Assembly (NCBI GenBank): GCA_964188305.1
Contig: OZ076890.1
Reading direction: 5' to 3' (one strand)
Source: Podarcis bocagei
Taxonomy: Eukaryota
DNA: 64,000 bases
A program made the translations under genes and the position numbers. The notes under the pieces are model-generated. The model made no database searches, was not told the origin of the DNA, and saw nothing but the letters and a program-made list of their open reading frames with translations. Positions 13,434 through 27,778 of the stretch are shown here, one piece after another (the first letter of the stretch is position 1; every line of letters starts with the position of its first letter).

Positions 13434-15049
13434 TCCTAGGAAAACCTTAACACCATTAACCTTTGGGAGCCCTGTATGGCTATTTGTGTCAACATAAAGA
13501 GCCTGAAGCTCCAGCATTTTCTGCACATTAGGTATCTGGTCCCTCCTCCATCTGGGAGCACACAGAGCACTTCTCACCTCCCAAGCCTGCAGGAGTGGAG
13601 GAGCCCTAATCCATTGAGTGTCACCGTGACGATCATGTGAAATAAAATATAGGCTGCAACCCACCTTCAATGAATATATTTAATACAGACTTAAACTGGT
13701 TAACATTCATGTCCTCTTTCTAGGAAATCCTGGGGATTGGAATTCAGGGGGTTCACCAGGGATTCTTTTTATGTGTCATGGAAAAATCGGAACGAATAAA
13801 TCCTTTGAGTTAACCAGGACCTGCAATAAATTAGGTGGTGGAAATGCTTTTTAAAATTGGCCAGGTAGCAACTCTGACACCTTCACTGAAGGTCAACAGC
13901 CACTTTTTCTGATCTAATGTGAGCTTCTGCAGCTCATTAGCCTTGGAGAACAGTATGCTGGGAAAGGTGGAGCTTTTAAAGATAAACCTTGTTGTTTCTT
14001 GTTATTGCCAGAGTCTTATCTGATATAAATGCCCAAAGGCACGTTTCTTGGTTCCCTATCACAACCACATTCCCTAAAAGCCATTGTGTGATACAGCAGC
14101 ATGTCAAAGCTCCTGTTTATTATTGATGTGAATAAAATGAGCATAGTGTATTTATGCAGTCTGCGTTGGGGGGGGGGGAGTACTCAATACTGCAAGATTG
14201 TCCAAGGCTTTTAAAATTGAATATTTTCCCCTTGTAAGTTTGAGTATTGTCTGTAATTATATTTTACTACACGGCAAGTTCTGCACAACTGAGATAATAT
14301 CTTTTGAATGTATTTTTGAAGGCACTTAGCATGTTGTGAAGGCTACACCAATAAAAAAAAAGAGTAATACCTTATTCACAAAAGACACAAACATCAATAA
14401 GAGCAGCTGGCAGAAAATGATGCACTATATTCATGATAATTTCTATATACAAATACATTTGTGACAAAAGAATGCACTTGTTAGCAGGAAGGGATGAAAT
14501 TGGGAGAAAGAGAAGCATGCAGTTCATTGATGCTGCTGTTATTAATAGAAGCAATTTATGAAAAATAATGAAATATTCTGAGGAAAGCCGTTAAAGTAGA
14601 TTAATTCTTTTAGGAAAGTGAATTAATTTCCATGTTCTGCTTTCATTAAGAGGTCCTACTCTGACATGCATGGTGTATTATAGCTAGCTGAATAACTTTT
14701 AGTTACCCACACATCCTAAGTGACAGTCTAGTTACTAGGAGTATATACTGACTACAAGATTCAGTTCAAATGCTGAAATGGTGTTTTAGAAACAACTCAT
14801 TGAGACCCAAATGACTTCAAAGGCTGCTCAGTTAAGGGGCTGAGGTGGAGTCCACTTTTGGGGAAAGTCAGGTTTTCTTCCCTCTACCCCATTTACTATT
14901 GGAAAATCAGTAAAAGGTTATAATTTGTTTTTCCTTTTAAGGCAATGAAAAGGTGCTGATTCTAAACTTTAAAGCCATATATAGCTTGGGAACCAGATCC
15001 TTTAAAGATCCCATAGGTTCCTTTCTGTAAATGTTAGTCAGTATAGTCA

Positions 15050-15152
15050 CACAGGAAACTGTCTTATACAAAATCAGATTGTTGTCTGTCTAGTCTGGTA
15101 TCACTGAATGGCAACCAGCTCTCCAGGATTTCAAACTAGAACCTTTCTCAGC
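15050..15152 (-). mobile_element. Old SINE fragment (same family as 23146, 29850, 51944, 58245)
   Basis: ggaaactgtcttatac...tcaga...tctagtc...ctgaatggca..agctctccagg motif shared among copies. Confidence 0.55.
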
Positions 15153-15199
15153 ATTCATGAAAGTGACCCAAAGTGAACTACAAGTTATATAACCAGTTA

Positions 15200-15850
15200 T
15201 AAAAACACATTGATGCATCTAATTGATAGGATTTGCAGATCCCACCTCACTAAAAGAGTCCACAAATGCACGAAACCCTTCAAATTAAGGGCCAAAAGCC
15301 TGAGTAAAAAAAGGAAAGGTTTTGCCTTGCACCTAAAAGATGGCATCAGGCGTGCTACTGAAAAGGACTGTTTTTGTGTTGCTACCCTCCAGACCTCCTG
15401 TGAAGGGGGCACAAAGATAAGGGCCTTGGAGGATGAACACACGGTCCAGGTCAGTTCATCTGGGGAAGGCCTTATGTGTCCTTAGTCACATAAGGCTTTT
15501 TATGTCAAAACCAGCACTTCGAATTGAGCCAAGAAACTAATAGTAGGCAGTGCAGTTGGACCAGGATTGGTGTTACATGCAGACTGTGAGCAACCTGGCA
15601 TGCAAATTTTGCACCAGTTGCAGTTTCCAAATTATCTTCAAAGACCACCCTGGGTATAATGCATTGCAGTTATATAACCTAGAGATTATTATAGCATAGA
15701 CGAAAGAATTTAAGCTATATCACTTTAAAATAGGAGCAAAGCTGGGCCACCAGCTAATGGAGGAAGGCATGCCAAGCCATCAAGGCTGCTTGAAGCTTGA
15801 GCGGCAGTGATGGATCCAGATATGCAAGCTGCATATCTGCTCCTTCAATT
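15200..15850 (-). mobile_element. Decayed L2 LINE ORF2/3' fragment
   Basis: Minus-strand translation has L2-like words (VATQKQSFSV; tctaggttatataactgcaat resembling SRLDYCN). Confidence 0.7.
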
Positions 15851-18527
15851 GCATTGTCCAAATCACTTTTTTATAATGTAGCATTTAAGAAAAAAGAAAA
15901 GAAAGAAAGAAACCAAAGCTGAAGAATAGCAGATATTAATAAATGCACAGTCCCCATCCAATTGCTTCAAAGTGTGCAGAAAATGTTTCTAAACTCTTGT
16001 GTTTTCCCTATGTCTGTTGCTTTGCATAATGTTTGCAGGTCTGCAACAATTGCATCTCTATAGGAAAACACTATATTTAGCACCTAGTTTGATAACACTC
16101 TTGCTTAAATTAAGTGAAAAAGCTCCCATGTGTATCATCCAAGTGCACAACAGGGCCTCACAGAGACAAAAGAATAGGATATACTCATCGTTTCCTATTT
16201 TAATTTGTCCCAGTGGGACAAGTGTTCCAGTCTGATGAAATTTGCTTCCTTCATATCTTTTATTTGAAAATGGAAAATTGAGCAAAATGATGACCAGATC
16301 TGTTTGAAATACCTAGAGCAGATGGTACCACCAGACTTGGTACTTCACATGTTTGCTAGGGTCCTGTGAGATAACAATGAAAATTGTTATCTAGAAGCAT
16401 TATTAATCTCACCCTTCAAGATCGCTATAGCCCTCTCCAGACACTCAAGCAATTGCCATCATGCAAGGGGCACTGGGTGCATGTGGTAAAGAACCATTCC
16501 TTCCCTGTGTCCCCATTTCCTTACATTTTTCAGCCCCAGGAATCAAGGGATAACCATTCCTAATTGTATGTGAAAAGCAAGCAAACAATATTGCTAACTA
16601 GGTCCCTGCCTTTTGTTTTAATTCTTTAAGTCTGTACAGCTAATTAAGCTTTATGATATGTTTTTTATCTGCACTATACATCTGTAAAGCTCCTCTGATT
16701 TAGTAAAATTCATGACGTAATCACATGTCAGCATTGTAACTCGGCAAACTGTGATGCTGTTCACCCCCTCCTCAGCCTAGCTCAAAACACTCTGGTTCCA
16801 AAACATGTGAAACAGCCGTCTATATTGTTTTCAAAGAGTGGGAAATATCAAACTCGTGACCAGGATCTGTCAGCAGTGAGTATCTTTTTCCAGGCTGTGA
16901 GAGCATTATGACTCAGATTGCTCATGAAGAGTGCTGGCTGTTATTGCACAATCTGTGAGCCATGCACATTCTGACCCCAGATATGCCTGGTATTTACTGG
17001 GGTTTGGAAGTCTGTGTGTGAAGAAAAACTGGTCACACCAGCAAAAGGAGCAAAGTTATTGACTAGGCACTTGAGCTTGCTACATTAAAGCAGTGCAACA
17101 TAGTTCAGAGGAATACTGGTCATTGACCATAATAAAGAGATTATTACTTTTGCCACAGGGGACAGGAAAACCTGTCCCACTGTCCAGCAGGAATGGGTAA
17201 ATGTGTCTCTGTCAGTTTCTATCAGCTTCTTGTTTTTCCAATATTAAGTTATGTTCTCAACATTTCTACATCAGTTTCATCAGTTTCTGATTTTTTGTTA
17301 TAGTCCTCATGAAGGTTTGTAAACAAATAAGAACAGATACTCAATAAAGACCAAACATAATGTATCCACCACATAAAATTTGTGCAAGCAAATCAGGGTG
17401 AGTGCTGAATAAAGAGGTCATCTGGAGGAACCCATAGATAAAATAATGAACTTGCTGCTCAGGCACAGCTAAGGACACGGGTTTGTAAAATGCTTGACAC
17501 TCTGCAGTTCCTTTTAACACCTGTGGTCAGATCCTTCAAAGTTCAATAAGTCATCACATCAGCTTTTCATATTAATTCAGCCAATTATTTTGGATCCAAA
17601 AGGCTGAGATTTTGTCAGAAAATCCATCTGAGAACTCTAAGCCAGCACAGCAGCACCAGTGATGACCAATTAATACTCTGGTGTTTTGTATTGCTATTTT
17701 TAAACTAAAGAAAATTCAAGATCGGAGCCATGCAGTTGTCTGATAGTGGGGGCTTAATGTGTAGGATAAGTAACTGGTGAAAGCTGGCTTTCTCTTTGTA
17801 CACTAAACAGGAAAGAAATCAATGTCACTTTTTAAAAAAAAAAACTGGCCCCTGGCCACGGCAATCTGTACAGCTGAGTAACTGACATTTATTATTCATA
17901 CTTAATACTTATGAGGGGGAAAGCTTTAAAAAGAAAACAAGGATGGTGAAATTAGGGGGAGGCATTCTACAACTCCTGTGGTGGCATCACATTGAATGTT
18001 GTACCCCCCATCACCACTGCCCACTCATTTTTATCAGCTATCTTTAGTCATTTAGCTGTTCACACCAGGTACTTCATATCTTATTTTTGCCAGCTTTTAT
18101 TTACTCAGCAAGGAAAATAGTTGACCTGTCTGAAGAGCTGAGCTTTGTTATTATCATGTTGCAAGCTGCTGTTATTGTGCAACGGCATTGCGGTCTAGCA
18201 TTACCAGTGATTGATGCTGGTCTGAAAGGGTGTCGTTAAGAAAGGAAAGATACTAATTGGAATACAAATGTCAGATTTATGACTGGTGCGCTGGTTCTCA
18301 GATTGTCATATTTTCCATTGATTCAGGTTAATTGCTAGCCCCATGCATGGCCAATGGCTAAATTGCTCTAACACTGTAAATAGAAAGGGCTGGAGTTTGT
18401 ATTACAGATGAAGCAAATACCCGTGATTTTCTATGGTAAAATTGACACATTTGCTGTTGCAGATGGACACCCTGAGCATGTTTATGAATATTATGGTAAA
18501 ATCCATGGAGAAAAAACAGCAGCTTAA

Positions 18528-18621
18528 CAGCACAATCCTATGCATGTTTACCTAGAACCAAGCGCTGCCATTTTCAGTGGTGCTTACAGCCAAATACGTA
18601 CACAAGCATAGAAATGCAGCC
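18528..18621. mobile_element. Short ancient MITE with TTA/TAA-like flanks (PIF/Harbinger-like); related copies ~6397-6487, ~24590-24680, ~61945-62015
   Basis: acagcacaatcctatgcatgtttac...gcatagaaatgcagcc imperfect palindrome recurring in the window. Confidence 0.45.
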
Positions 18622-19133
18622 TTTATTGCTCTTGCTGCTGCTTCAAAACTGTTATGAACAGACTGTGCACTAGGATAGCTCAAGAGGCTCTCTCCTCACA
18701 TTCTTCTTTTGTGATCCTTTGATTTATTATAGTAGCAATTCAACAGGACCTTGATGAATATTTTACAGTTCAATAAATGTGCCATTATTTATTTTATACA
18801 ATGATTCCAGACTTCTTTTTCATAGGTAGCGCAATATTTCTGTTGCTGGGATACCACATAACCCCTAAACTCAAATGGCAGTATTTGGTCACCTTGAAAT
18901 GCACTTCCACCCTAGCCCCTTGCCAAGTACATCGGTTGCAATTCAGAGTGCTGTGTGGAATATGGTTACACTACTGTCATTTTATCCTGTTGGGTAATGC
19001 TTGTGCTTTGCATGTGAGTGACTCCTAACTGTGTGTTGATGTAGCAAGTCTTAAGTATGGGTGACACATCTGGTGGGTTTTGTTTGTTTGGGGCTGCCAT
19101 TTTGGTATTTTTGCTTTTAAAAAAGAAACAGCT

Positions 19134-19134
19134 T

Positions 19135-19202
<68 letters not shown>
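19134..19202. repeat. (TG)n(GA)n microsatellite
   Basis: Direct observation. Confidence 0.95.
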
Positions 19203-19204
<2 letters not shown>

Positions 19205-20744
19205 TGATGCAGCCTTGTAGATAGGCTTCCTTGTTGGGTGGTGTATTGGAGGAGGGGGAGTCACATAACACCAGCCACCACTACCCCACTCAGTGGTGGA
19301 GAGAATGTGAGAACCATGCCAGTGTAAGAAAAAGGAAGTAACCTTCACCCTCACTTATCATCCATGAAAAGAGTGTGTTATGAGCTATGCAAAAGTCAGC
19401 TTAACTAAAGAAATAGCATTTAGTATCTGAATAGGAATGAACTTTACTCTTTTTGAGAGCTCTCCAAGAATACCAGACTCAAAACCTTGAATTTTCCTAT
19501 AGCTGCAGTCCTCTTTCCTCTCGATTCTGTGTTCTCATGTTTCACAAACTGAATTACTTTGCTAGGAACAATGAGCTCCTGACTTTGATGCTGCATTAGG
19601 TATCTACATTTCAGATCCCACACAAAAAGCAAACAAACTTGTTCATACTAAAAGTGTGAGGAGCAGCAGAGAAACAAATAAATACTTTAGGATGATGTGT
19701 TTGTTAACTCCCCCTTAAGGGTCTTTCCTTGCAGTCTTGTCCATGACCTTTCCTTTTTCTTCATTGTTGGATAAACAAGGGAAACTTTTAAACTTGCTAT
19801 ATAATGCACCATACAGAGGACTGCAGCAGCAAAGGAAGGTGAGAGAGAGGAAGCTAGCTGAAAGAGGGAGACTGGGGAGCTTCAGGACAGGGGTTATAGT
19901 AGCTTCTTGACATTTCTTCCTGAGATAACTGGCTTTGGGTTGAGGCTACTTGTTTGCAAGCAGAGGCAGCTGTCTATGAAAGGCTTTTGCTCCGGGAGGC
20001 ATTTAACATCAGACTAAGTTCTGTTGAGGCTGTATACCATCTGCCTGAGTGGCTACAACGCCAAACCAGCACACATTGCATTGGTGCTGGGGAATGGAAG
20101 ATACAATGCAAGGATGCTGGGGACAGGAGGCTGGGCTGCTGGTGGAGTTAACCCCAAAGGCAGTCATGTCTTTGTACTGTGATAAGCACAGGGGTAGATA
20201 GAGCAAAGGAACGTCCAAGGGGTGGTGTGTAACTCTAGTTCATATTACAAAGTTCTAATATTTAATACTCCAAGGACCATATTACCATACAGGCTGTTTG
20301 TTTAAAAAATAATTATAAGTTGATGGTGATGTGAAAATGAAAAATCCACCCTCGGTCAGGAAAAGTCTTCACTGAGCAGACTTTTGTGGGCTCTTCCAGC
20401 TGAGACTTTTATGGTGTACTCACCCTGCCTTCACTGAATTTTTCAAAGACACCAATTATCCCAGTTCTTAAAGCAAGCTGTCATTTTATAAATTGAGGCT
20501 GTCATTTTCTATCATATTTGTGTGTGTGTGTGTGCAGGCAAATCATAGCTAAGGGGGAGAATTGCACCCATTCCCCATACCCAGCAACAGGCCTGGTGTG
20601 ATGGCATTGGGTAAGAAAATGCATGTAACCCTGCTAATTGTGCTTTGTACCTCCCCAGTTGCTTGTAAGTAAGGCAAGTGATAGGTGCATATAATTTCTT
20701 TTCATTATTAGAGTAGTTGCTAGTGTACTCTGTGATCAATGCTC

Positions 20745-21242
20745 GTTAATACCTTTACAGCCCCTAATGGTTTTGGGACCAAGTTATTTGAAGGATGTCC
20801 TGCACCCATATTAGTCTGTCTGACTGTTGATTGGCTGGGGATGTCCCGTTTGCAAGCCCATCAATAAGATTCGTCAGACTACAAGAGACAGGGCCTTCTC
20901 CGCAGTGGTCCCATCATTAGGCATATTCCTCCCTTGGAAGTATGCTTAGGTTCCTCATTGACTGCTTTTAAATGATAACATCTGATTTTAAATGATTAAC
21001 CTGAGGCTATTCCAGGCTTTTTAAAACAATCTAATCACTGCTGCTATTCTTTTCTTGATTTTTTTGTTTTGTTTTACTCTCTCCATCCGCCCTGTCTTTC
21101 CCATTTTTAATGCTGCTTTTAGATTGAATTCTTCTTTTATTCTATTCTATTATTTATTCTTTTAATTTGTTTTATGATGCAAACAGCCTTGAGGGGGCCA
21201 CATAAGCCTTGAATATCAATGTAAAAATACCTAAATAAATAA
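20745..21242 (+). mobile_element. Decayed L2 LINE 3' end
   Basis: gggaccaagttatttgaagga ... gacagggccttctccgcagtggtccc (RAFS motif), T-rich UTR and taaataaataa tail. Confidence 0.7.
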
Positions 21243-23145
21243 GTTAACAAATCTGCTGTGACCTTTTGAATTTCCTGGCAAGAACAGTTGCTAGCTAAAC
21301 AGCAGCCCTTTAACAAGTCAGAACAAAAGACAAAATGGCATTCCTTTGCAGTGTTATTTATTCAGAAGTGCAGATGGTGATTTTGAAACTTGCCTATGGC
21401 ATTTAATAGATCTGACAGAGGTCAGGAGGCAATCTCTCATCCCTAATTCATTTGCTATTCAAGAATAATTTAAAGTGAGGACAGAGGAGGAGATATGCAC
21501 ACAACTTGCACCTTAATGTCCTCATGTGCTGCCCACTCAGTCCATGGTTTTACCATGTTGAACAGGGAAGTTAAACCCTTTGCACAATCGGGGACTCTGA
21601 CAAAGCATTCAAGTGCATTCTACTTATGTTAAAGTAAATGTGAATAAAAGCGTCCTCTGAACCTTCCTGACTCAACAAAGGAAAGTTGGACTCAATGCAT
21701 ATTTGGGTTGACATGAATGGAGACAGTAGAAGTGAGCCTTGCATGTGCATCCCTGCTCCCATCCCCACATGCCTGAACATGATTTAAGTGCCCTTCTTGG
21801 ATCCTTTGAGAATTTTGCCTGTCATGGGCTCTGTTCAGAGCAGTAGCCATGTTTGTCTCCTCCAGCAAAAACAACTGCTTTATAGAGTCCTTTAAAATTA
21901 CCTATGCTAATTATGGCATAAGCTTTCAGGCGTCTGGGATATGCAAGAAGTGGTAACCTCATTACATATACCATGCGTGCAGAGAAGGAAGGTGGAGAGA
22001 TGTTTGTCTGAAATGGCTTAAAAAAACAAACAATAAACACCCACTCCCTTATTTTTCTGTGCAAATTGGCTTAGATTCACAGAAGGACAAGCAGTGAGGG
22101 GTGGCATATCCCATTTCACTGCTTGAGGCAAAATGGGAAATGTTGTGCTGCAGCTGCTGCACCTCCTGCTCTGCCACATCTGCCTCTGGTAGATAAGTGG
22201 TGCTGCCATTGGCATTGATTTCAGGTGAGCTTGTGCCAGTTTGGGGTGGGATCTTGCTGCCAAATGGATACAATCTCACCTGAAATTTGTGCTGATGCCA
22301 CTGGTGGAGGTGGCAGGGCACATGGGGCACCCATGGATGTGTCATCCTGGGGGCTTCTGTCACCTGAGGCAGTAGCCTCACCCTGCCTAATGGCTGGGCT
22401 GCCCCTGCAAGCCATGTTCCATTCAATCAGTGTTAGTATTTTGTAAGAGGAACTGAAATGCAGAAACAGAAGTTTAGGTTTCTCCAATTAAAGTTGATAG
22501 AAGTTCTTCATCACCTAGCACAACAAATCTACTTTAAAAGCAACCAAATTTTTTGTGGTTAGGAAAGTGATAGGAAAATGTCCTGAAAAGTGTGGGATAA
22601 ATGAATGATTAATGGGAATACTTGTAAGTACAATGCAAGGAAACCACAATTTATTCAGGATGAGTACTTACTGTTATCTAACATCCCCACATGCTTGATA
22701 AAGACAGGGCATAGTCTAACCTAGGGGTAAGATTTGTGCAAGTAAATCAAGATGGGTGTTCAATAAACAGGTCATCTGTAGGAGCTCTAAGAGGTCTTTA
22801 TAGGAGCACAAGGCTTTCAGTTGTTTAAAAAACTAGTGTGTGCTTCTGCCTGCTTTTATGTCCTTTCCCCCAACATATAATGAAAACAGAACAGCTAAAG
22901 TTTTGCAGGAACTGTGATCCAACTTGGTATGAAGTTTATTGTGAGAGCAGATCAGTCTTGTTCAAACAACATACTGGCTAGTAAATGTGTTCCAGCCCAG
23001 AGATGGTAGAGCACAACAAGGTGTTATACAGAACTCAGTAGTCGTGAATAATAAGCATGTGGTATCTTCAGCTGTGTGTTAAGATTAACATGCTTGTCTT
23101 CATTATAAGATGGATGGATAACCTTCCATTTGGTACAAGATTGAT

Positions 23146-23321
23146 GGGGCTCACATCAGCATGCACAAAGAAGGACCAAGGTTCAGGTCCCAGCATCTGC
23201 AGGTAGGGCTGGGAGAGATCCCTGTCTAAAATCCTGGAGAACATCTGCCAGTCAGTGTAGACAATACTGAGCTGTATGGACCAGTGGTTTAACTCAGCAT
23301 AAGGCAGCTCCCTCTGTTCTT
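23146..23321 (+). mobile_element. Old tRNA-derived SINE (MIR/Squam2-like)
   Basis: ggttcaggtccc B-box-like head; body ctgccagtcagtgtagacaatactgagct...ggacca...actcagcataaggcagct. Confidence 0.7.
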
Positions 23322-25248
23322 ACCTTTTGTCTTTGGAATTATTATATTTCAACTTGCATATTGCTGAACGTTAAATGTAGATTTATTTATTTTTAGGGCA
23401 GTAACATTAAAGAAGTATGATACAATTTGCAGTTCAGTGCCACTCTAAAGTGCAGCCACCTTTTAAAAAAGTGTTTTTTATTTCTATTGTACCAAAACTG
23501 AAATACTGTAACTGCCAAAAAGTATCTCCTTAACAATCAGCTCGGTAACAAAAAATGGGCCACACTGATTAACCTACTGATATAAAACTTGCAGCCCTAT
23601 TTTTTAGCCTTAAAAACAAACTAATAGGAGACTAGATGTATGGATTGTTTAAAATCTGCTGTGTTCTTGCAAGATTTTATATTAATAAAAGCTTTTGGGT
23701 TCTGTTTTTGTTTTCTGTTGAGGTTGTTTCACTTCCAAAAAGAGATATATTGAATACAGTCCAGATTGGACAAACTTGAACAAATCTAGTTGATGCTATT
23801 ATTTTTATTTTTAAAGTGAAAGGAACAAAAAGCCCCAGGGGGGGGGGACTCAGAAGGGACGTATCTATTTTAGCTACATCTCATCTAGATCTTTGCACAA
23901 AAGAAATTCCTCACTGCAATATCTTGTTTAATGCTTCTAGCATTTCTTATTGGAGCCTCAATCAGCAAGTGCAGGAGCCATAATGAAAAGCAGAAAGGTG
24001 GGAATGAGAAGTGAGATTAAAAGAGAAATGCTTGAGCAATAAAGAAACATATGTAAGAGAGACAGGTGGGATTGCAGTAGTTAAGGATCTGTCAAGCCTT
24101 TCATTACTGCAGCACGGGAGCCCTAACTGAATGTTAATATAAGTGAAGACATACCCTGCCTGGATAAGTCTAGAGAAATGGTTGAGAAAATGAGACAGGC
24201 TAAAAATACATGAGAAATAGACAAGGTGTAAGGAGGGGGGAAAGGGAGATAAGGCATGCTTGAATAGCAAGAGCAAGAAATGGGTCTATATGAGTGAGAA
24301 ACAGGAGAAGAGAGAAAATTAATGCATTTATCTCATCTATTTCTCCTTTTGTGTCTGAGCAATAAAACAGAAATAAATGAAACAATCTGAGAGCTCTTGC
24401 ATGTGTATGTTTGTTTCCTTGCCTGATGAATCAGGGTTAACCTTTTATCACATATTTTAGGAGAGGGACCATGATCTAAGTTTAAGTTCACATATGCCCA
24501 GTTTGGTGTTCAAACAATTTTTGATCTGATTTCTTTTCCAAACAAGCCCTCATCCCCCAAATGACAAGAGAATAATCTGACAGAAATTAAGCTGTGTTCT
24601 ACACAGTCTCCTGAGAGTAAGTCTCATTCAACATAGTGGGACTTGCCTTCAAGTAAATATGCTTATGATTTGCACTGTTAGGCAGTTTTATATCTCAGTG
24701 GTAGCAGAGTTCCAACGATAAGGTCTTTTGATGGGGACTGCTTTATCTAGAATCCTTTCAGATAGTGATAGCAAGCAACTGAAACAATAAGGTGTGGCTA
24801 TCTATTTAACATATTATATTCAATTACAAATTAAATATTGATTCTAAATGGAATAGCATCAAGGCTTATAGGAAACAGTGTCAAATGTTTTATTGGGCTA
24901 TCATTTCCACCAAATAAGTGGTTGGCTGCAAGGGCTGCTTTTCGTTGAGATTTTGTTGGTGCAGAGATGCTTGAGGGTTCTGACTTAATGTGCAAATTAG
25001 AACATAACTAACCACTAGGTTTGGCAGTTCTCTGGATATTGCAGCATAACTTACAGCTCAAAAAGCATATGGATTTTAACATGAATCCATATATATACAT
25101 ATTGAAAGAAAATAGTTTAGAAATTCATAATGGGATAGTGATATTCCAGGGCAATCCATTTTCTATTGTAGGGATTAGCAAGCCTATCCAAAACTAGTTC
25201 ATTTTAGAATTTGTCTAATAACTTCCAGAACTAAGACACCACATTTTA

Positions 25249-25335
25249 TGGTAGCCAATTCCATAGTTCAACTCTGCTCTGCTCTATATACTTCCTCTTG
25301 CCTGCCCTGAATCTCCCACTATTCAGCTTCAGATT
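25249..25335 (-). mobile_element. Short CR1 ORF2 C-terminal fragment
   Basis: Translates KLNSGRFRAGKRKY...ELWNWLP. Confidence 0.65.
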
Positions 25336-25687
25336 TTGAATTGCAAGCGAGGGAGGGAGAAAATCTGTGTTCATTCCTTCCTCAACAAGCATACCTCCAC
25401 CTTCATTGTAGTCATGGGCAGACTTTGGAGGACAAAATTTGGGGCCACAGCCCCCCAAAATATTCTTATTTTCGCAATAATTCTTTTTTGTACAATTGCT
25501 TTTTTGTGGATCTTCTCAGTAGGTACCTGTATAAATATAGGGATGATGATGATCATGATGTGCGCCCTTGGCTCAGCCTGTCTTGTGGGGGGAACCGCCT
25601 TCACCACCCTAAATCTGGTGCTGCTGCAGTGCTCTCTCTGGGTGTGGTGCATAAAACTGAGATGAGCTGTTGTGCTAACCATACTAG

Positions 25688-26043
25688 GTAAAGGTAAAGG
25701 GACCCCTGACCATTAGGTCCAGTCGTGACTGACTCTGGGATTGCAGCGCTCATCTCGTTTTATTGGCCGAGGGAGCCAGCGTACAGCTTCCAGGTCATGT
25801 GGCCAGCATGACTAAGCCGCTTCTGGCGAACCAGAGCAGTGCACAGAAATGCCATTTACCTTCCCGCCGGAGCGGTACCTATTTATCTACTTGCACTTTG
25901 ACGTGCTTTCAAACTGCTAGGGTGACAGGAGCTGGGACCAAGCAATGGGAGCTCACCCTGTCGCAGGGATTCGAACCGCCGACCTTCTGATCGGCAAGTC
26001 CTAGACTCTGTGGTTTAACCCACAGTGCCACCCGCATCCCGGT
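25688..26043 (-). mobile_element. Full-length Sauria SINE
   Basis: Head gggatgcgggtggcactgtgggttaaacc...ggttcgaatccc (B box); tail (ACCTTT)n; 12-bp TSD taaccatactag (25676-25687, 26044-26055). Confidence 0.95.
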
Positions 26044-27778
26044 TAACCATACTAGACTCAGATAAAAACAGATTACAAGAGGTTGAAAGTTCCACTTGCA
26101 ATGACCTGTTACATGTCATCACTCTCCACTTGGTCACCAACATTCCCCATGCTGCATAGAGAAGGTCCGTATGGGCCTTTTACTCACATTCACTTGAATA
26201 TGAATCCTCTGCATGATCATGGACTCTGCTTTATTAGAGTTCTCACCGGCATGTTTCTACTTGCATTCAAATGACCATGAGTAAAAGCCCCATGCAGCCC
26301 TGCCCCATACAATAGAATGGGGGGGGGGGTAGGATGCGCATAAAGATGTTGGGCATGGGCTTGCCTGTAAGTCCCCCCACTCCCATCCACACTTTGACAT
26401 TTGCATGTTCCAGCAAACAGCTGGACACAGGCCATGAAGAACAGAAATGTGCTCTATTTGTAATAAGAGAGAATGCAAAGCACAGAGCAGAAGACACAAA
26501 ACATTGCCATTATAATAGAATCTCCTGATTAGAGAACTGAGGATAAATTCTGCATTTCTCTATGTATTTAAGGCACAGTATTTGTGCATATCCTCCTACT
26601 AACCTTTTGCATTTTTCTTTTTGTTCTCACCGTAGCCTTTATCGAAATGGCATCAGCCCATTTTGAGAAATCAGATGAAATATTCATTAAAAAGTATAGA
26701 TAAAGTAGATTTATACCTTCCTACCTGCTATATTTCAGGACATCTAAGCTTTTATGGTGCAATTTCAGTGGTTAGTCTCAGGAAAATGCCTGAATCATTC
26801 ATTAGGAATAATTTCAGAATTTGCCACCCGTATTATTAGTTTTCATCTGAGAAGTGAGGTCTTTCCAATGGCTGACATAATATTCATAGTTATGCACTTA
26901 GCAGAATTTGAATTCCCATCAGTTAACATAGTGGAAATTTAATAATGTGTTTTGCAGCCTCAGAAAATATTAGCTGAATATTGCAAGTCGACACAATGAT
27001 TCTGTTTCATTTGTTCCGACAATGAGTCATCATTTCCCTTACATTACATCTTGCTGGATGCAGATCTGGATCACTGCAACCTGAATGTAGAATGAGAATT
27101 CTTCAGGCAAGTCTTCTCTGTAAGATGTATTGGACAAAATGGGTTATCTGTAAAGTTACAATTACTTTTGCTGGCAGGGCTGGGGGTGCAGGTACAAAAT
27201 GCTTCAGAACTTTTTAATGACTTCATTGTCAAAACAATTCTAAACACGTGGAAGCAGCAGTAGAAGGGGAGACTTTGCATTATAGCTGTCAAGATAGCAG
27301 TCCATGGTAAATAAGTAGGGCACAGTTCTTTGTTGATTGCTATTTCCCTTTATCTCGCCCATTTTATCATGGTCTATAGTCCTACAGTCACAGCAGGTAC
27401 TGTAACCTTTTGACAGTTTGACTTCACCTGCAAAGGTGAAGAGACAGGCAGATGCCATCAAGCAGTCATATCATATAGCAACATTCAGATGGTTCATGTT
27501 GGTCCACATGCAAGGGTCTGTCAGTGGCACAGTCCTCTCTCCATTGTTATTTTCTTCTAGAATACCCTCTACTCTGAAAATACCTACTTATACAGCATAT
27601 ACCTTTCAGCCTAACCTAACTTAGATAGTTGTGAGAATAAATTGTGGGAACAAACATGCAGACTGCTATGCATGTATTAACCTTCTGTACCTTTTACTAC
27701 ATCATACATCCCATGCAGTATTGTGATCTTGAAGTGTGTATGCACATTCATGTACACTATAATTTGATAGTTCTAGTT

